NCBI GenBank assembly: GCA_023213395.1
Contig: CM041465.1
Coordinates: 157,301,741 to 157,365,740 of the forward strand
Direction: 5' to 3'
Source of the DNA: Cycas panzhihuaensis
Lineage: Eukaryota; Plantae; Cycadophyta
DNA length: 64,000 nucleotides
Positions within the stretch are counted from its first letter, which is position 1. Each line of letters opens with the position of its first letter. A program made the translations under genes and the position numbers. The notes beneath the pieces are model-generated. The model saw nothing but the letters and a program-made list of their open reading frames with translations, did not search any database and was not told the DNA's origin. This document shows, piece by piece, positions 40,171-54,438 of the stretch.

Positions 40171-41943
40171 TAATAGTCAAGTCCTCTTGAGTCCCATTGA
40201 CTATTCTAGTAAATGGTGATTCTTAAAGCCTTTCTTTCAACTAAAATAAGACTAAAGGGAGATACACCATTTGTGAATATTATACACAAAATTTTCTTTT
40301 GATAGATAGTTTGAATTCAATCTTTGGTTTTTAATAATTGTTGGTAGAAGATAATATTATGATTTTTTAATAATACTTTAAGTGACCCATAAAGAGTCAC
40401 TTAAAGTAAGGAGACTAGTTTTCACCACTTCAAATAGTGCTTCTAAACTTTTTCTTGTTAGTTTCAAGTATATCATAGAAAACTAATGATGTTTGAAAAT
40501 TGAATAATGTTTAGAAAAAAGTAGAGGGTCATCATGAAGTGAGGCATCATTGTTTACTCCCTTATTATGTAAGTGATGAACTATTTAGGTACATAATATT
40601 TCTCAAAATGTAGGTTTGATAGATTTTGTAAAGTTGGGCCTCATATGGTAAATGTTCCCTATAAGTGATATTTTAAAAGATAAATCTATTAGAGAGTCAC
40701 TTATAAGTAGATGGTCTACAAAGTAATGAGCTTATGAGTGGTAAATATTTGTGGTAACATGCATTAGAAGGATATGTAGAGGAGTGTTAAGGGGTAATAG
40801 AAAGCATTCTCACAGAAAAGGAGCATCAAGAGAATTTAAACCAAAAAATAAAGATTTATAATGAAGCAAGATGTAAAACAAATCATAACCATCAACTTGT
40901 TGGATATGTGTCTACATCTAAGGGTACTCATAATAGAGACCTTTGACTATTTGGAGTGAAAGGAGTAAGGTTAAAGTGGGATGTAAGCCATGAGGTAGTG
41001 AGATACAAGTTTAGCATAACCATTAAGCTTGGGTATGCATGGCAATAAATGGAGGATTTTAGACTTCTATTATGTGTTGATTTATAATAATAAGCAAGAT
41101 ATAGTAATCTACAATCCTACGCAATGATAGAATATGGAAAGAAGAAAGAATTTTGACCATCCAATGGAGGACACATGGTAACTACTAGGATAGTTAGAAA
41201 TTAATGAGTTTGTGGACCAAAAAAAAAAGATGAGTTTAATTATAACTCAAAGATCTTAACAAGGCATGAGGTTATAAAGTGGTAACAAGATAAATACCTC
41301 ACTAGTCGCATTGTCATCTAGCATTATGAATTTTAAAAGGCAATGATAAAAAGAAAATGTACACAAGATTAAGAGTTAAGATAGCACCTAAAAGTGTATT
41401 AAATTTTTAACATGATAAGGAAATAAATGCTCTATTAAGGCTTGAACATATGGAGATCATGACCATTACAAGTATCTATTTATCAAAATTTCACTCTTCC
41501 TCCTTTATGATATTCATCATTCTTGACAAAATTTAATAATTGAAAGTAAAATGATTACTAAGACAAAATTTTTAATGAGTAAAAAGGGTAAATTTTTTCA
41601 TCTTGTACTACATTTACAAAATATAGTGCAAATGTGTTAATCATTAATAATACCATGACTAGTTATAATCTAAGGCATTTAGATTTGTATAAAGTAAAAG
41701 TAAATGTTCAAAGTTATTTATGGTGAATACGACTAGTTATGATAGGCTTGGCTACTCTAATATTTCCATGTCTTGAGCTGGTACATCTTCTTTCTAATAT
41801 ATTACACCAAAAGAAAAATGCATTTTTAACGCCAAAGGGTAATTGATTTATGACCTCGTACTCAAAATTTTCTAAAGGATTTTCTGCCTTCCTAAGCCTA
41901 CAATATCTTACAGCCTAATTAAGCTTGAAGAATTCATAGAAAG

Positions 41944-42354
41944 TGTTAGAATGATAATGTTATCTTTAATACTTGCCAAATGTATGTTTATTAATGTTAA
42001 AGTTTATGTTATTATAAAGATCGTTGGAATGGAACTACCCATTTCAATGAATCCTCATATCTTTATAAATCAATCTCTTAGATTCTAGGAGATTGGGTCA
42101 GTTCGGCCATAATTGTAGGGTAGACTGGTTAAATAATTAGAGATTCTCATATGAATATACTAGTTGTTTTTTACTACAACAAATGAGGATGGGATTTTAT
42201 TTCAACCCTTATCTCTTTCATTTATGATTATAATTTATATTAATAAAATATATATATTTAGAGGTGGTTTTTTTCCTTTAAAGGGTTTTCCACCTACCAA
42301 TGCTTTGTGTAAATTTGATTAGTTGATGCTTTCTCTTATCCTCTCTCTCTAACA
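41944..42354 (+). repeat. 5' LTR of copia F (411 bp)
   Basis: TGTTAG...CTAACA; roughly 85-90% identical by eye to the 3' LTR. Confidence 0.95.
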
Positions 42355-43614
42355 TGGTATCAGAGTAGGGTCTCTTCTTTTTGTGCAGGAGTTGAAGAAC
42401 AAACTCAGATGGAATAAACAATATTAGGAAAGAAAATAAAAATAGGTTTTTTATTTTTAAACCTTTACAAATATACAAAATTATCTTTCATTCAAAGTCT
42501 GTAACAACCTAATACAATTTTTTTTGAAAATACATAACATAAAATAAAACAGATTTTATTATGAAAATACAAGATTTTTTTCTTACAAAAATAATACTTT
42601 ATAGATATGTAAGGTCTGAACAAGACCATTTTTTTCTTTTTTTACAAAAATAAAGGGATTGTCTGTACAAAATAATGGCATTACATTTGCCTATACAAAA
42701 ACTATCATTACGTAGTGGTCTACTTCAATATTTTGCTTCATTCAAACCCTAATAAACTCCTTCAAAAGTGTTAAAATAAGGCCATTCCAGATAGCTATCT
42801 ACTTTCTTGTAAACCTTTTTCTTTGCCAGTAATTTCTTCCTCCTGTCCTCACAAAACTTCACATTGAGAACCCTACATTCAATGTAGAAAACATATTAAA
42901 AAAAAAAAAATTGTCTCTTCTTTATACAGTACAGGAATTAGAAAAGATAAAACAAGTAGACTCAAATACTCCAGTATCAGACAAGAATCCTAGCTGGATA
43001 AAGAGAAAATCTTCCATGACAAGACTATCTCAACACAATTGCCATACAAACAAAGTGAATCAGCCTGTATAAACAAAAACCGAAGTGAACCTACGATGGA
43101 AAAATTGACTGTAGAATAAGGTTCATTAAGAAACCCTAACACAAAAGAAAAGAAGTGCTAAAATGATGTGAACCCAAGTCCAAGTTCGTTGTTGAAGCTC
43201 CATTGTCTGCAATCAAGGAGATTCTAATGGAATAACAACCATAAATCTATCGTAGGTTCCTCCTTCTCAACAGATGCAATGATTCTAATAGCTACTGTCT
43301 AAAAGGCATCCACAACTCAAAAAAGGCATCAAGAATCGTAGAGTTTATTGAAGACATCCTCGCAAGACCTACGCAGAGCTTTTTAACACAAAAAAAAAAA
43401 GAGGGAAGAAAAATGAAGCAAAGGGGTTGAAAAACCCTCTTTTAAACGAATAGACTCTAAATGAAATCAAACTTCATTTGGAAATAGGTAAGGTCTATCG
43501 ACTTCAAAATGCATACTTGTATGCATTGGATAATTGAAACTGAAGGCAGAAGTATATGATTGTATGGACTACCCTTTGAAAGAATAATGGCTCAAGTTCC
43601 ATCCATATTCGGAC

Positions 43615-46600
43615 TTTTTTCTTTTTTGATAAGATAAAATTGAATTATGAGTGGGTTTGAAACAGGATCCCACAACCTAGTACATCAATGTGCTTTAGGT
43701 TACCAAGTCAGAGATGACCGTGACATCCTACCTGGCCCAGCGAAAAATACGTTGCTGTGACAAGCCCCTGGCTACTTTGCACCATTTCCTTCTCTACCAG
43801 AACCATAAGATCCCCAGGAAAGTCACTCCTCCACACATTGCCTTCCTTATGCCTCAACCCACAGTTTGCCAAAAAGTCAGCAACTTTGTTGCCTTCTCTC
43901 AGTGTGTGTCTTATACAGACTTCTGCTAGTCCCTTAATAGTCTCCTTAGCATCATTGATTATGGACTACAATCTCCAGTCCAGAAGGGCCACACCTTTGA
44001 GTGAATTTATGACCACCTCTGAATCTCCCTCAATTACCAGTTGTTGAATGCCTCCTTCGAGTGCTAAATCAAGAGCTTTAAGGATAGTGTACGTTTCTGC
44101 ATAGTGGTTTATTTGGTGCTTGTAGTAGTCTGCAAAGGCCCAAATAGGGGTGCCATTGTTGTCTCTCGCAATTCCCTCCCCGCCTTCTCCGGGGTTCCCT
44201 TCGCAAAGACCGCCAAAGTTGATTTTAATCCAGGGCCCCATCGGTGCCGTCCAACTGCTACATCTGGCCTTTACAATCTCATATACTGGTTCTATGCCCC
44301 ACTTAAGCAAAATCCTATTCTCAGTCAGAGTTGTATGCTTCTCCTTTGTGTTTCTGATATTCTCACTGATGTCCATACAAATTTTATTGAAGGTGACAAA
44401 CTAGTCCATCTGATTCCACTGGAAGATTCTTTAGTTTCTCTCTTTCCATATATTCCACGTTAGTATCGGAAGTGTACTCTTCCAAATACAACTTAAGATT
44501 TTACTTCTGAATGGGCTTTGCCAAGCAAGCCATAGATCAGCAATCTTTTCTGAGAAGGTCCAGCACACCTCTAGTTTCTCTAGTAGCATCCTCCATACCT
44601 CCCTTGTGAATGAACACCCAAGGAAGATATGATCCATGGATTCCTCTACTTTGCAACATAGTATGCACCTATTGGGTAGGAGAAACCCTCTCTTTTTTAG
44701 GTTATCTACGGTGAGTATTTTATTCCTCAAACAGATCCATAAAACAACTACTATCTTGGGCATAAGAGGGAGCTTCCAAACACCTTCTAATATTGGATTC
44801 CTCTGGTCCCCTCTCATTAAACACAAGTAGTGGTACCCCTGTTTAGCAGTGTATTCCCCAGATGAGCTCAAGGGCCACACAACCAAATCTGACGAAGGCG
44901 TTCTAGGGATATAACTTTTTCCTAGAATCCTTTTGATCTTGTAAAGTCCCTCCTGTAAACTACGTTCGTCTTGGATTTCCTCAAAATTTCTCCAATTCAT
45001 GTTTCTTCCACTCCTGATCCAGTAGTCTTTTACGTGTAATCCATAATGCCTGGCGTAAGGGCCCTGGATAGGCGCTAGGTTAGGGTATTTCTTTAGAGCC
45101 TTATCACAGCACCACACATCCTCCCAGAACCTAATGGAGCTGCCATCTCCCAATCTCCATTTTAGGCCTTCCCTGATAGCTTTCCAAGCTTTTAGAATAC
45201 TCCTCCAGATGGTTGAACCAACCGGTAAGGTAGTGTTTTCTATAAGAGTCCCTTTAAATATATTTCCATGATAGAATCTTCTCCCATAGTCTCTCTCCTC
45301 CTTTGATTAATCGCCAGCCCAACTTTGCCCCGAGAGCAACATTAAAGGATGAAATCCTTCTAAGATTGAGACCTCTAGCCCATTTCAGAGTACAAACTTT
45401 GTTCTAGCTTACCAAATGTATCCTGTCTTTATTCTTTACCCCTGACCAGAGGAATCTCTTTTGGATGGTTTCAATAATGTCTAAGATTCCAGGTGATAGT
45501 CTGAAGATGGACATCCAGAAGACTATGATACTTTGAAGCATAGAAGCTACTAACTGGAGCTTCCTTGCGAGACTTAAGAGGGCACCTTTCTAGCTAGCCA
45601 GCTACCTTTGCATTCTATCAATGAGGGGGTTCCACATTTCCTTTGTCATCTTTCCTATAAAGAGAGGCAAGCCGAGGTAAGTTGTGGGGAGCTTCTTAAT
45701 ACCCATCCCTAAAATCCTGTTGATCCTACCTTGGGTATGGCCCGGGGTATTTATGAAGTAGACATTACTCTTGTTCAAACTTATCTTCTGGTTCATGGCC
45801 CTCTCAAAGTGCCCCAAGATCTCCTTAAATTTAGATGCCTCCCTTATGGCAGCCTTCTCTAAGAAGATATTATCATCCACGAATTAGTGGTGGATCACAT
45901 TATCCACCCCTAATATCAGTTTTATGTCGTTTATAATCCCTTGCCTTCTAGCTGACTCCAGGGTTCTACCCAACAATTCAGCCATCATAATGTATAGGAA
46001 GGGAGAGAGGGGATCACCCTGTCTCAGCCCCCTAGAACCTGGGAAAAAATTAGAAGATGGGTCATTGATAATAACTGAGAATTGTGGATTGCCTATACAT
46101 AGCTTAATCCAAGACTGCCAAGGTTCCCCAAAACTAAATGCCTTTAGACAATCTAGAAGGCACTCCCAGGAGACCCTATCAAAGGCCTTCATGAGGTCAA
46201 TCTTGATGAGCATTGTGGGCTCCTTCCTTTCTGTGGCCGAATGAATTGTTTCATGAACTACTATAAAACCATCATAGATCTGTCTGCCTTGGAGAAAACC
46301 ATCTTGATTTTGGGAGATGATTTTTGCCATAATTTTCTTTAGTCTATTAACCAAGACCTCAGTTATAATCTTGTATTTAACATTGCAAAGACTAATGGGG
46401 TGAAACTCTTCCATTCTTTTCACCCCTTCTTTCTTAGGGATGAGAACGAGGAATGTGGTCTGTCATTCCTACAGAATCTTATTATTTATATAGAACTCCT
46501 GTAGAGCTTCCATAAGGTCCTCCTTAATAATGTCCCAAAACTCCCAAAAAACCACAAGGGGAATCCATCGGGGCTTAGAGCTTTGTCTCTCTTTATGCCA

Positions 46601-49600
46601 AAGAGAGCCATCCTAACTTCTTCCTGGGTAAAAGGGGCTGTCAGCTGAGCATTTTGTGCTTCATTCACCAGACTGGGGATGTTTCTTAGGAAATCCTTCC
46701 TTCTGTCCTTATCGCCATCCTATAGTTTAGTATATAAGTCCTTGAAGTATTCACTTGCCAACTCCTTCATGTCTTCTATCGAGCTTACTATTGAACCATC
46801 TTCCCTTTGAAGACTATTAATTCTATTTCTCACTCTATGTTTGGATGTGGTCATATAGAAAAATTTAGTGTTTCTATCACCTTTGGCCAACTATAGTGCC
46901 CTGGATTTTTATCTCTAATGGATTTCCTCTCTGATGAGAATCTCCTCCAGGTTCTCAGCCAATTCCTTCTCTGTCTTATTTAGCTTTGGGGATCTAGCCA
47001 CCTGTTGTATCCTGTCCTCTATTTCTTTCAGGTCACGGATGGTTTTGTCCTTCAGTTCATGGATGTTTTGAAAAACTTCCTTGTTCAATACCTTTACTTG
47101 TCTTTTGACCCAATCTAGTTTCTTCGAGAATCTATACATTGTATGGCCATGAATTTGAACTCCCCACCATTCCTTAATCTTCTTTCAGAAATTAGGGTGT
47201 TGAAGCCACATTAGTTCGAACCTGAAAGGGAATCCAATATATTTTCCCAGGTCTGAGAATTTAAACAAGAGAGGTCAATGGTCAGAACTAATCCTCGGTA
47301 GGGCCTCTAGGGTGAAGTCCTTAAAGCACCGCAACCAATCATAGTTGACCAACACCCTATCCAATTTGATTTATATGAATTCATCCCCTAAACTCTTATT
47401 GGACCAGGTATATGAAGCACCCCTGAGCTTAACATCCTCTAGGCTCCCCTGCTATAGGAAGTCATCGAACTCGCTCATGCTAATAGTCCAGCCAACAGTG
47501 CTGCCTCTCTTATCCCCTAGACACAACGCCAAGTTGAAGTCCCCCGCCAGCAGCCATGGTTCTCGGTAGTCCTTGTGGGCCACCAGTAATCTATCCCAAA
47601 GCCTCTTCCTAACCTCCTGAAGATTTGGGGCATAGACGTTTGTGGCTAGCCATTTATGGTTATTGCTTTTATTTGTTAACCATACCAATATAAAGGATTC
47701 CTTAGCCAGAAAGATTTCTCTAGACCACGTCATCGGATTCCATAGTATTAAGCCCCCAACTCCTTAAGCATAGTTAATCTCTATGCCCTTGGCTCTCCTC
47801 CAAATTTTGTTCCTAATCCTTGGTCCATTCTCCTTACTTAGCTTAGTTTTTTGTAAGAACATCAAATCTGGGTGGTGTCTATTCCTCATGTCCCTAATAA
47901 TTCTCTATTTCGAGGGGGCATTAAGTCCCTTGATATTCCATGATATAATTTTCATCTTTTCTTCCTTTGCTTCTAGACTTCAGCGGTTTCACCTTTCGAT
48001 GGATCTCTACCTTCTATTCTAGATATAAGATTAGGCCCTTCTAGGAAGACATCCTTTAAAGTTTTTTGGTTGCCTTGATCTACCTGGGCAGCCACTTCTT
48101 TTTCTCTTAGCAATTTTAAAGGCGGCCTCCCCACCCTCTTCTCGGTGCCCACATCTGGTTGCTTCTTTTGGGACGTAACTAGTTGTGCTAAGGTATCTTG
48201 GGCTGACGTCCCTACTTCCTCCGAAGTGGACATCATAAGCCCTTCAACCCCAACCAATTGCCCCTGGTTCTCTGATTCTTTTACTGTATTCTCTTCAGCA
48301 TCTAAAGAGGAATCCTTTCTATACAGGGGGGGCATGCCTAGCCCCATCACAGCCTCCAGACTACGTTTCCTCTGTGGCTCAGGCATGTGTGCTAAAGTAA
48401 ATTGGGTCGAAGAAGTTGTCCTAACTGGGATAAAGGCCCCTATGCCATCCTCACCATCCGGGCTCCCTGGGGCCACTAGATCCTAGACAACCTGCTCCCC
48501 TTCCTCTAAGAGCGTGTCTTCCTCATTGGGGTCAAAACCCAGGTTCAGATGAGGGGTACTATGTAGTTCTAAAGGAGGGCCAACATAGCCCTCCATGGTT
48601 ACAATAGCCTCCATTTGGCCTAGGCTTTCTTGTGCCTACTCTTCCTCCCTTACCTTCTTGGATTCAGAAGCCTCTTGGGATTTCAACTCTAAGGGGACCT
48701 CTTGTTTCTTATCCTTTGAGAGCTATACACTGGTGCTTCGGTGTGTCACAGTTTTCATGATGGAGCATCTAAAATGCTCCATCTCATAAAAGAACGACTG
48801 TGCCAAGCTCCTATCCACCGTGTCCATCCATATATCATCAGGAGGGGTTTATCAATCTAGACCAGGGCACAAAACCTAGTATTTATGAGTCTGCTTCTAT
48901 TCTATGTTGCTAAATCTATTGCTAAGAGAGGTCCCACTACTTTTGCTATTCCTTTTAACACTTCGGGGTTCTAATGATGTAAGGGAAGACCCAGTAATTG
49001 GATCCATATGGGAGCTTGTCTAATTTGGGAACAAAGGGATCAAAGTCCCTATGCCATTTTTCGAGAGATAAGGCCTATTTGCCGAGCATCCATAGGGCCC
49101 TTAAGAGAATATTAGACATGTCCTCATAAGAACAAAATTTAAATAGCACGCAGCCCTTTGGCATGGCTATTACTTCCACGTTGCCCACCATTTTCTATTT
49201 TATCCTCGTCCAGTTCCTAATGGTTTCCAGGCCCAGTCTAGGTCTAGAGAATCAACCGACAAGGCAGTTCTCCAAATGTTTCTTGGTTTTCTCCACTAGA
49301 CCCTGAGGAATTTTTAGTCTGACCTTGTTATCCTAAATCTCAGGTGTTAAATCAAAAGTTTCCTCCTCATTTGTTTTCAGAGTATCATGGTAGGATCTCC
49401 CCAGTGACAAGTTAGGATTCTGGTTCTAGTTTTGAGAAGTATGGTCTTTATCCATATTTGAAAGATTATAAACTACAAAGAAAAAACCCTAAGCAAGGGT
49501 AACAAAGACATACCATGGCCTTAGGCACTATAACCGACATAGCCTCTAGCTTCCTCTCTATTTTGTCATTCTTCTCTTGGTTCAGGAGGCCGTCGTTCCT

Positions 49601-49922
49601 ATCCTTCTTTGGGTGTCCTCCATCTCCAAACAGAACCTTTCTGTTCCTGTCAACTCTGTGCAGGAGGCTGTAGGATCTCTTCACGACCTATCTTCCCCCC
49701 GTTACTGCTTACTCATGGGGATAGCTCGCCCCAATGAAGTATCTAGGCCCAGTCTGGGCGACCATGCCTGCGCCATTCGAGGGATGCCATAGCGTCCAGA
49801 TCTTCAGAAATTCTCCTCATGTCGCCACCCGATCCATGGACAGAACCCTAGCCTGCAACATAAATCGCCTCCACTGTTCTGTCAAAAATCCATCCTCCAA
49901 AAACTCGATGCATCCTTAAATT
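43615..49922 (-). mobile_element. L1-clade LINE with RNase H, copy 3 (full length)
   Basis: Poly(T) then GATAAG at 43615-43633; degenerate 15-bp TSD TCCATATTCGGACTT (43602-43616) and TCTATATCCAGACTT (49923-49937); ORF1 from about 49455; ORF2 from 47955. Confidence 0.95.
43728..47955 (-). pseudogene. L1 ORF2 of copy 3, disrupted
   Basis: Motifs MKIISWNI, WLLAGDFN, FHPISLCN, GLRQGDPLSP, RFWEDVW, RCILC..ESMDHIFLGC, WIKINFGG..GNPG, IEGDS; many TAG/TAA stops. Confidence 0.93.
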
Positions 49923-50183
49923 TCTATATCCAGACTTAGGTAAGCCCAAATACATTATTTTTCAATGATTTGAATATATTAAAATCAAAACTCATTAATC
50001 TTTATGTTCCTTTATGTATCTTAAATATATGTTTATAATCTTAATGTCAACAAACTTTTCTCTGGAAATGATATTGTAAGGTAAGTTAATGCTTGGCAAG
50101 TAAAACCTTTGGATGAATTAATAATTATTCTTACTTAGCATAAATTCACCTTATCTAACTCTTTTTTTTTTTTTTTTTTGAAA

Positions 50184-53100
50184 ATGACCCTTATGCCCAG
50201 GACAACATCTTGTCTCTCAATTCCAATATTAGCTAGCTCTAACTATGCCAACTAGAAACTAAAAATATCCCAGGTTCTTAAGCAACAAAAGATCTAAAGA
50301 TATGTCATTGAAGAGTTTATAAAACCTAATGATTCAAAATCATAAGCTTATATGGTTTATCTGATGAATTGTAATGGAGCCCTTGGCACCATCCTTAACT
50401 CGCTCTCCCTAAAAATTTGTAGGTAGTTCTCTGAAATAGATGATCTAGCCACTATCTGGAAAACTCTTAAGGAAAAGTATGATAGGGTTGATACACAATA
50501 GTTAGTTGCATTAGAACAACAAATGTATGATCTAAATTATGAAGATCTCCCTAAAGTTGAAGATTTCTTATCTAAACTTCAACTCATTAATAAAGACCTA
50601 GCAAATTTTATCAAATCTTCTATAAAAGTATGCGATAAAGTAGTCACTGTAACACATGCAAAAGATGATGATACACTCATCCGTCTTACAATTAATAAAC
50701 TGTTGAAACATTGTAATCTTTTCAAAACTGCTAGGCAATAGGCAGAACATCCACCAATTACTTTTGATCAATTAATGAATCAACTTATTGAACATCAAAA
50801 CATATTGATTTAAACTAGAAAATTAAAAGATCGTTCACAGGCCCTTTTTTCCAAGTCATAATCATTTACTAAATCTAAACATCAAAATAACTATCAAAAC
50901 AGTCATCATCATCATCCCAAATTCTAAAAACTTCATAGAGGTTCATCCACTCAAAATAATACTCATCATAACACTAAGTATTTTGGATTACCTAAATCTC
51001 ATAATACCTCTAAATAGTCATTTCTGAAAAGGAGTACTGTTAATACAAATCTTAATCAAAACATCAGTTGTACTTATTACCACAAAAAGGGGCACACCAT
51101 TGATATTTGTAGGAACATAATTACCTCTGAAGCCTAGAAAGCTTCTAAGGGAATCTAATCATAATCTCATCATTCTCATCATTCTCTAACTGTTTTTACA
51201 ACATGCTTTTCAGCACCAACCATACAACCACCCTTGTGGATTCTCAATTCAAGTGCTTCTTATCATATGACGAGAAATCAAGAATATCTTACTCCATATC
51301 AATTTGATTCAAACTCCAAATAAGAGATCACTTTAGGAGTGGAACCCAACTCAAAGTCAAAGGAATCGGTGATGTTACTTTGAAAGATGGTTCGATTAAA
51401 GATGTATTCTACATTCCTAGCTTATTACCTAATCTTCTTTTAGTATACCAAATCTACCAAAAAGATCTCGTTGTAGAGTTTTGGAAAGATAAGTTTATTA
51501 TTAAACAACCATTAAATAAATTTAAACTAATTGCCTCAAGACCTGCAAATCACAAAATAGGTATTTACAACTTAATAAGTCTCTAGCATTGTAAAACCAA
51601 AACTTTTAGTGCTTTTATAGCAAAATCTAACTCAGTTAGTAAGCTTTGGCATGCTAGATTCAGTCATACGAGTTATGGAAAACTCCAGTACTTAAGTAAA
51701 AATGACATGGTTCATGACTTACCTACACTAAAAACTATCTATGGTGTTTGTGAAGCTTATGTAATAGGTAAACATCACATGGACTCTTTCCTAAATCACA
51801 CTACCTTTCTAGCAAAAGCTCCACTTCAACTTATTCATTCTGATATCTGTGGTCTATTTCAAGTACCTTCACACTCTAGAAACATATATTTTGTCACATT
51901 TATCAATGACTTTTCTATAAAATGTCGGATATACATGTTAAAAACAAGAAGTCAAGTATTTAACATCTTTGTTGAATTCAAAACCTTAGTAAAAAATCAA
52001 ACAAACTCTAAAATCAAAATCTTCATAATAGATAATGCTAAGGAATACTTAAGTAACAATTTTATTAAGTACTATAAAAAGCATGAAATACAATTTCAAC
52101 ATTCTATAGCATATACTCCTCAACAAAACAGTGTTGTTGAACGTAAAAATGATACACTTGTTGAGATGACCAGATGTATGTTACATGAAAAAGGTCTTGA
52201 CTTAAAGTTGTGGGCAAAAGTTATTCCTTACTCTAACTATTTATTAAATCATTTACCATACAAATCTTTATAAAATATCATGCCAGAACAAAAATGGTCT
52301 AGACGTAAACATTCTATTAAACACTTAAGAATCTTTGGCAGCATTGCCTGGGGGCACATTCCCAAAGAAAAATGCCAGAAACTTGATCCTAAAAGTTTCA
52401 AATACATCTTTGTTGGTTATAACAAGGAAAGTAAAGCCTACGAACTTCTAAATCCAACCACGTATAAGATTTCAATACTATGTGATGTTATATTTGATGA
52501 AGAAGACTTTTCATAAAAAACTTCTTATGTTGAACTTCTAGTTAAAAACTTATTAACTAATACTCACTTAATTAATCCTAGTGACATTCAATCTAATCCT
52601 AAATCAATTGAGTCCTTATCTAGTCAAGTTCAAAACTGGACTTTAAAAGAACCAACTATCTCTACTTCATCTAGTCAGCCCACTTCACCAAAATAATAAA
52701 TCAACAATAGCAAACAACTTATTTGGACTCAAAAAACTCTTTATGATGTTGGTTCTAATGCTAGTAATCCTTTAGATACCAGAAGAACTTGTTCACAAAA
52801 ACTTCAAACCACTTTTACTCTAATGGCCAAAGTCATGGCCAGTGATGATCCCAAAACTTTTAAACAAGCAAGTAATAATCTTATATGGCAACAAGCTATA
52901 CAAGTTAAAATAGATGCTCCTTAAAAGAACTCAACTTGGGATTTAGTTACTCTACCTCCTGAAAAGAATGTAGTAGATTATAAATAGGTTTATCGAACTA
53001 AGTTTAACTCTAAAGGAGTAATTGAGAAACACAAAGCTTGTTTAGTCACAAAAGGTGTCTCATAGATTGATGGTATTTATTATAACAAAACCTTTGCTCT

Positions 53101-54384
53101 AGTAGCCAAAATGAATACTATTAAAATAATTATAGCTCTAGTAACTAAATTTGGTTGGAAAATTCATTAGATGGATGTTAAGAGCACCTTCTTAAACAAT
53201 GATCTTAAAGAAGAAATCTACATGAATCAACCTCTTAGATTTGTTTGTAATCCTAATCTCATTTATAACTTAAGAAAATCTATCTATGGCTTAAAATAAG
53301 CTCCTCGAGCTTGGTATACGAAAATAGATGATTATCTTATATAAAATGGATACACTAAATATATTAGTGGTCCTAATCTCTACTTTAGACATGAAAATGA
53401 TAATATTACCATCTTAATTCTCTATGTAGATGATATAATTATTAATAGATACTTACTCTCTAACATTCATCAATTAAAATCAATCTTAATGAATAAATTT
53501 GAAATGATCAATTTAGGTCTTCTACATCATTTTTTAGGATTACAAATCTATCAAACTGATTCTAAAATAACAATATCTTAACCTAAATATATTCTAAACT
53601 TAATCAAAAGATTTAACATGGAGAATGCTAAACCAGTTATGAATCCTTTATAATTAGGTATAAAATTATTCTCTAATTATCCCACATCGCCTTATTATTC
53701 TACTATATATTGGTAACTTATAGGCAGTCTTATTTACTTAATGCATATCCACCTAGATATCTCTTATGTTGTTGCCTTATGTTCCAGGTACATAAAGAAT
53801 CCTTATGAATCTCATTAGAAAGCAACTAAACACATTTTAAGATATCTTCAAGGTGTAGGTCTTACCTATCATTCATGTCCTACTAATATAAAATTAATAA
53901 GTTATATAGATTCAGATTGGGCAGGTGACTCTCATGATCGCAAGTCAATAGTAGGTTATAGTTTTTTTCTAGATTCATCACTAATTACGTGGTCTAGTAA
54001 GAAAATGCAAACCTTAGCTCTATTTATAATTGAAGCTGAATATTGTGCACTCGTCGAAGCTAGTAAGAATCGTTATGGCTTAAATCTTTACTAAATGAAC
54101 TTCATTTATTTCCTAACTCTCTAATTGAAATTAAAATTGATAATCAAAGTGCCATATCTATTACTTATAATTCTGGTGCTCATGCTAGAACTAAACACAT
54201 AGAATTATATCAATATTTTATATGTAATCTTATGTATGATAATATTATTAACTTATTGTATTGCCCTATAGATTTACAACTTGTTGATATTCTAACAAAA
54301 CCGCTGACTGAAGTAAAGTTTGTAAAACTACGAGACTTGCTGAAGATTGAAGAAGTCTTCATCAAAGGGGGATCAACATACTGA
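50184..54384 (+). pseudogene. Copia F gag-pol, disrupted
   Basis: Gag with CTYYHKKGHTIDIC knuckle; WILNSSASYHMT protease; LQLIHSDICG..YTPQQNSVVERKN integrase; LYVDD at about 53422; DSDWAG; VDILTKPL. Confidence 0.93.
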
Positions 54385-54438
54385 AGTCTTCTTCTTTTTC
54401 TATTAAATCTATTGTAAATAGATAACATTAAAGGGGGA

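Noticed and set aside
40170-41700. Further retroelement coding remnants
   Set aside because: Only faint motifs (e.g. KGVRLKWD); too degraded to assign family or boundaries.
42950-43400. Captured host gene fragment in the copia F leader
   Set aside because: Splice-like words are present on the minus strand, but no recognisable peptide or ORF supports it.
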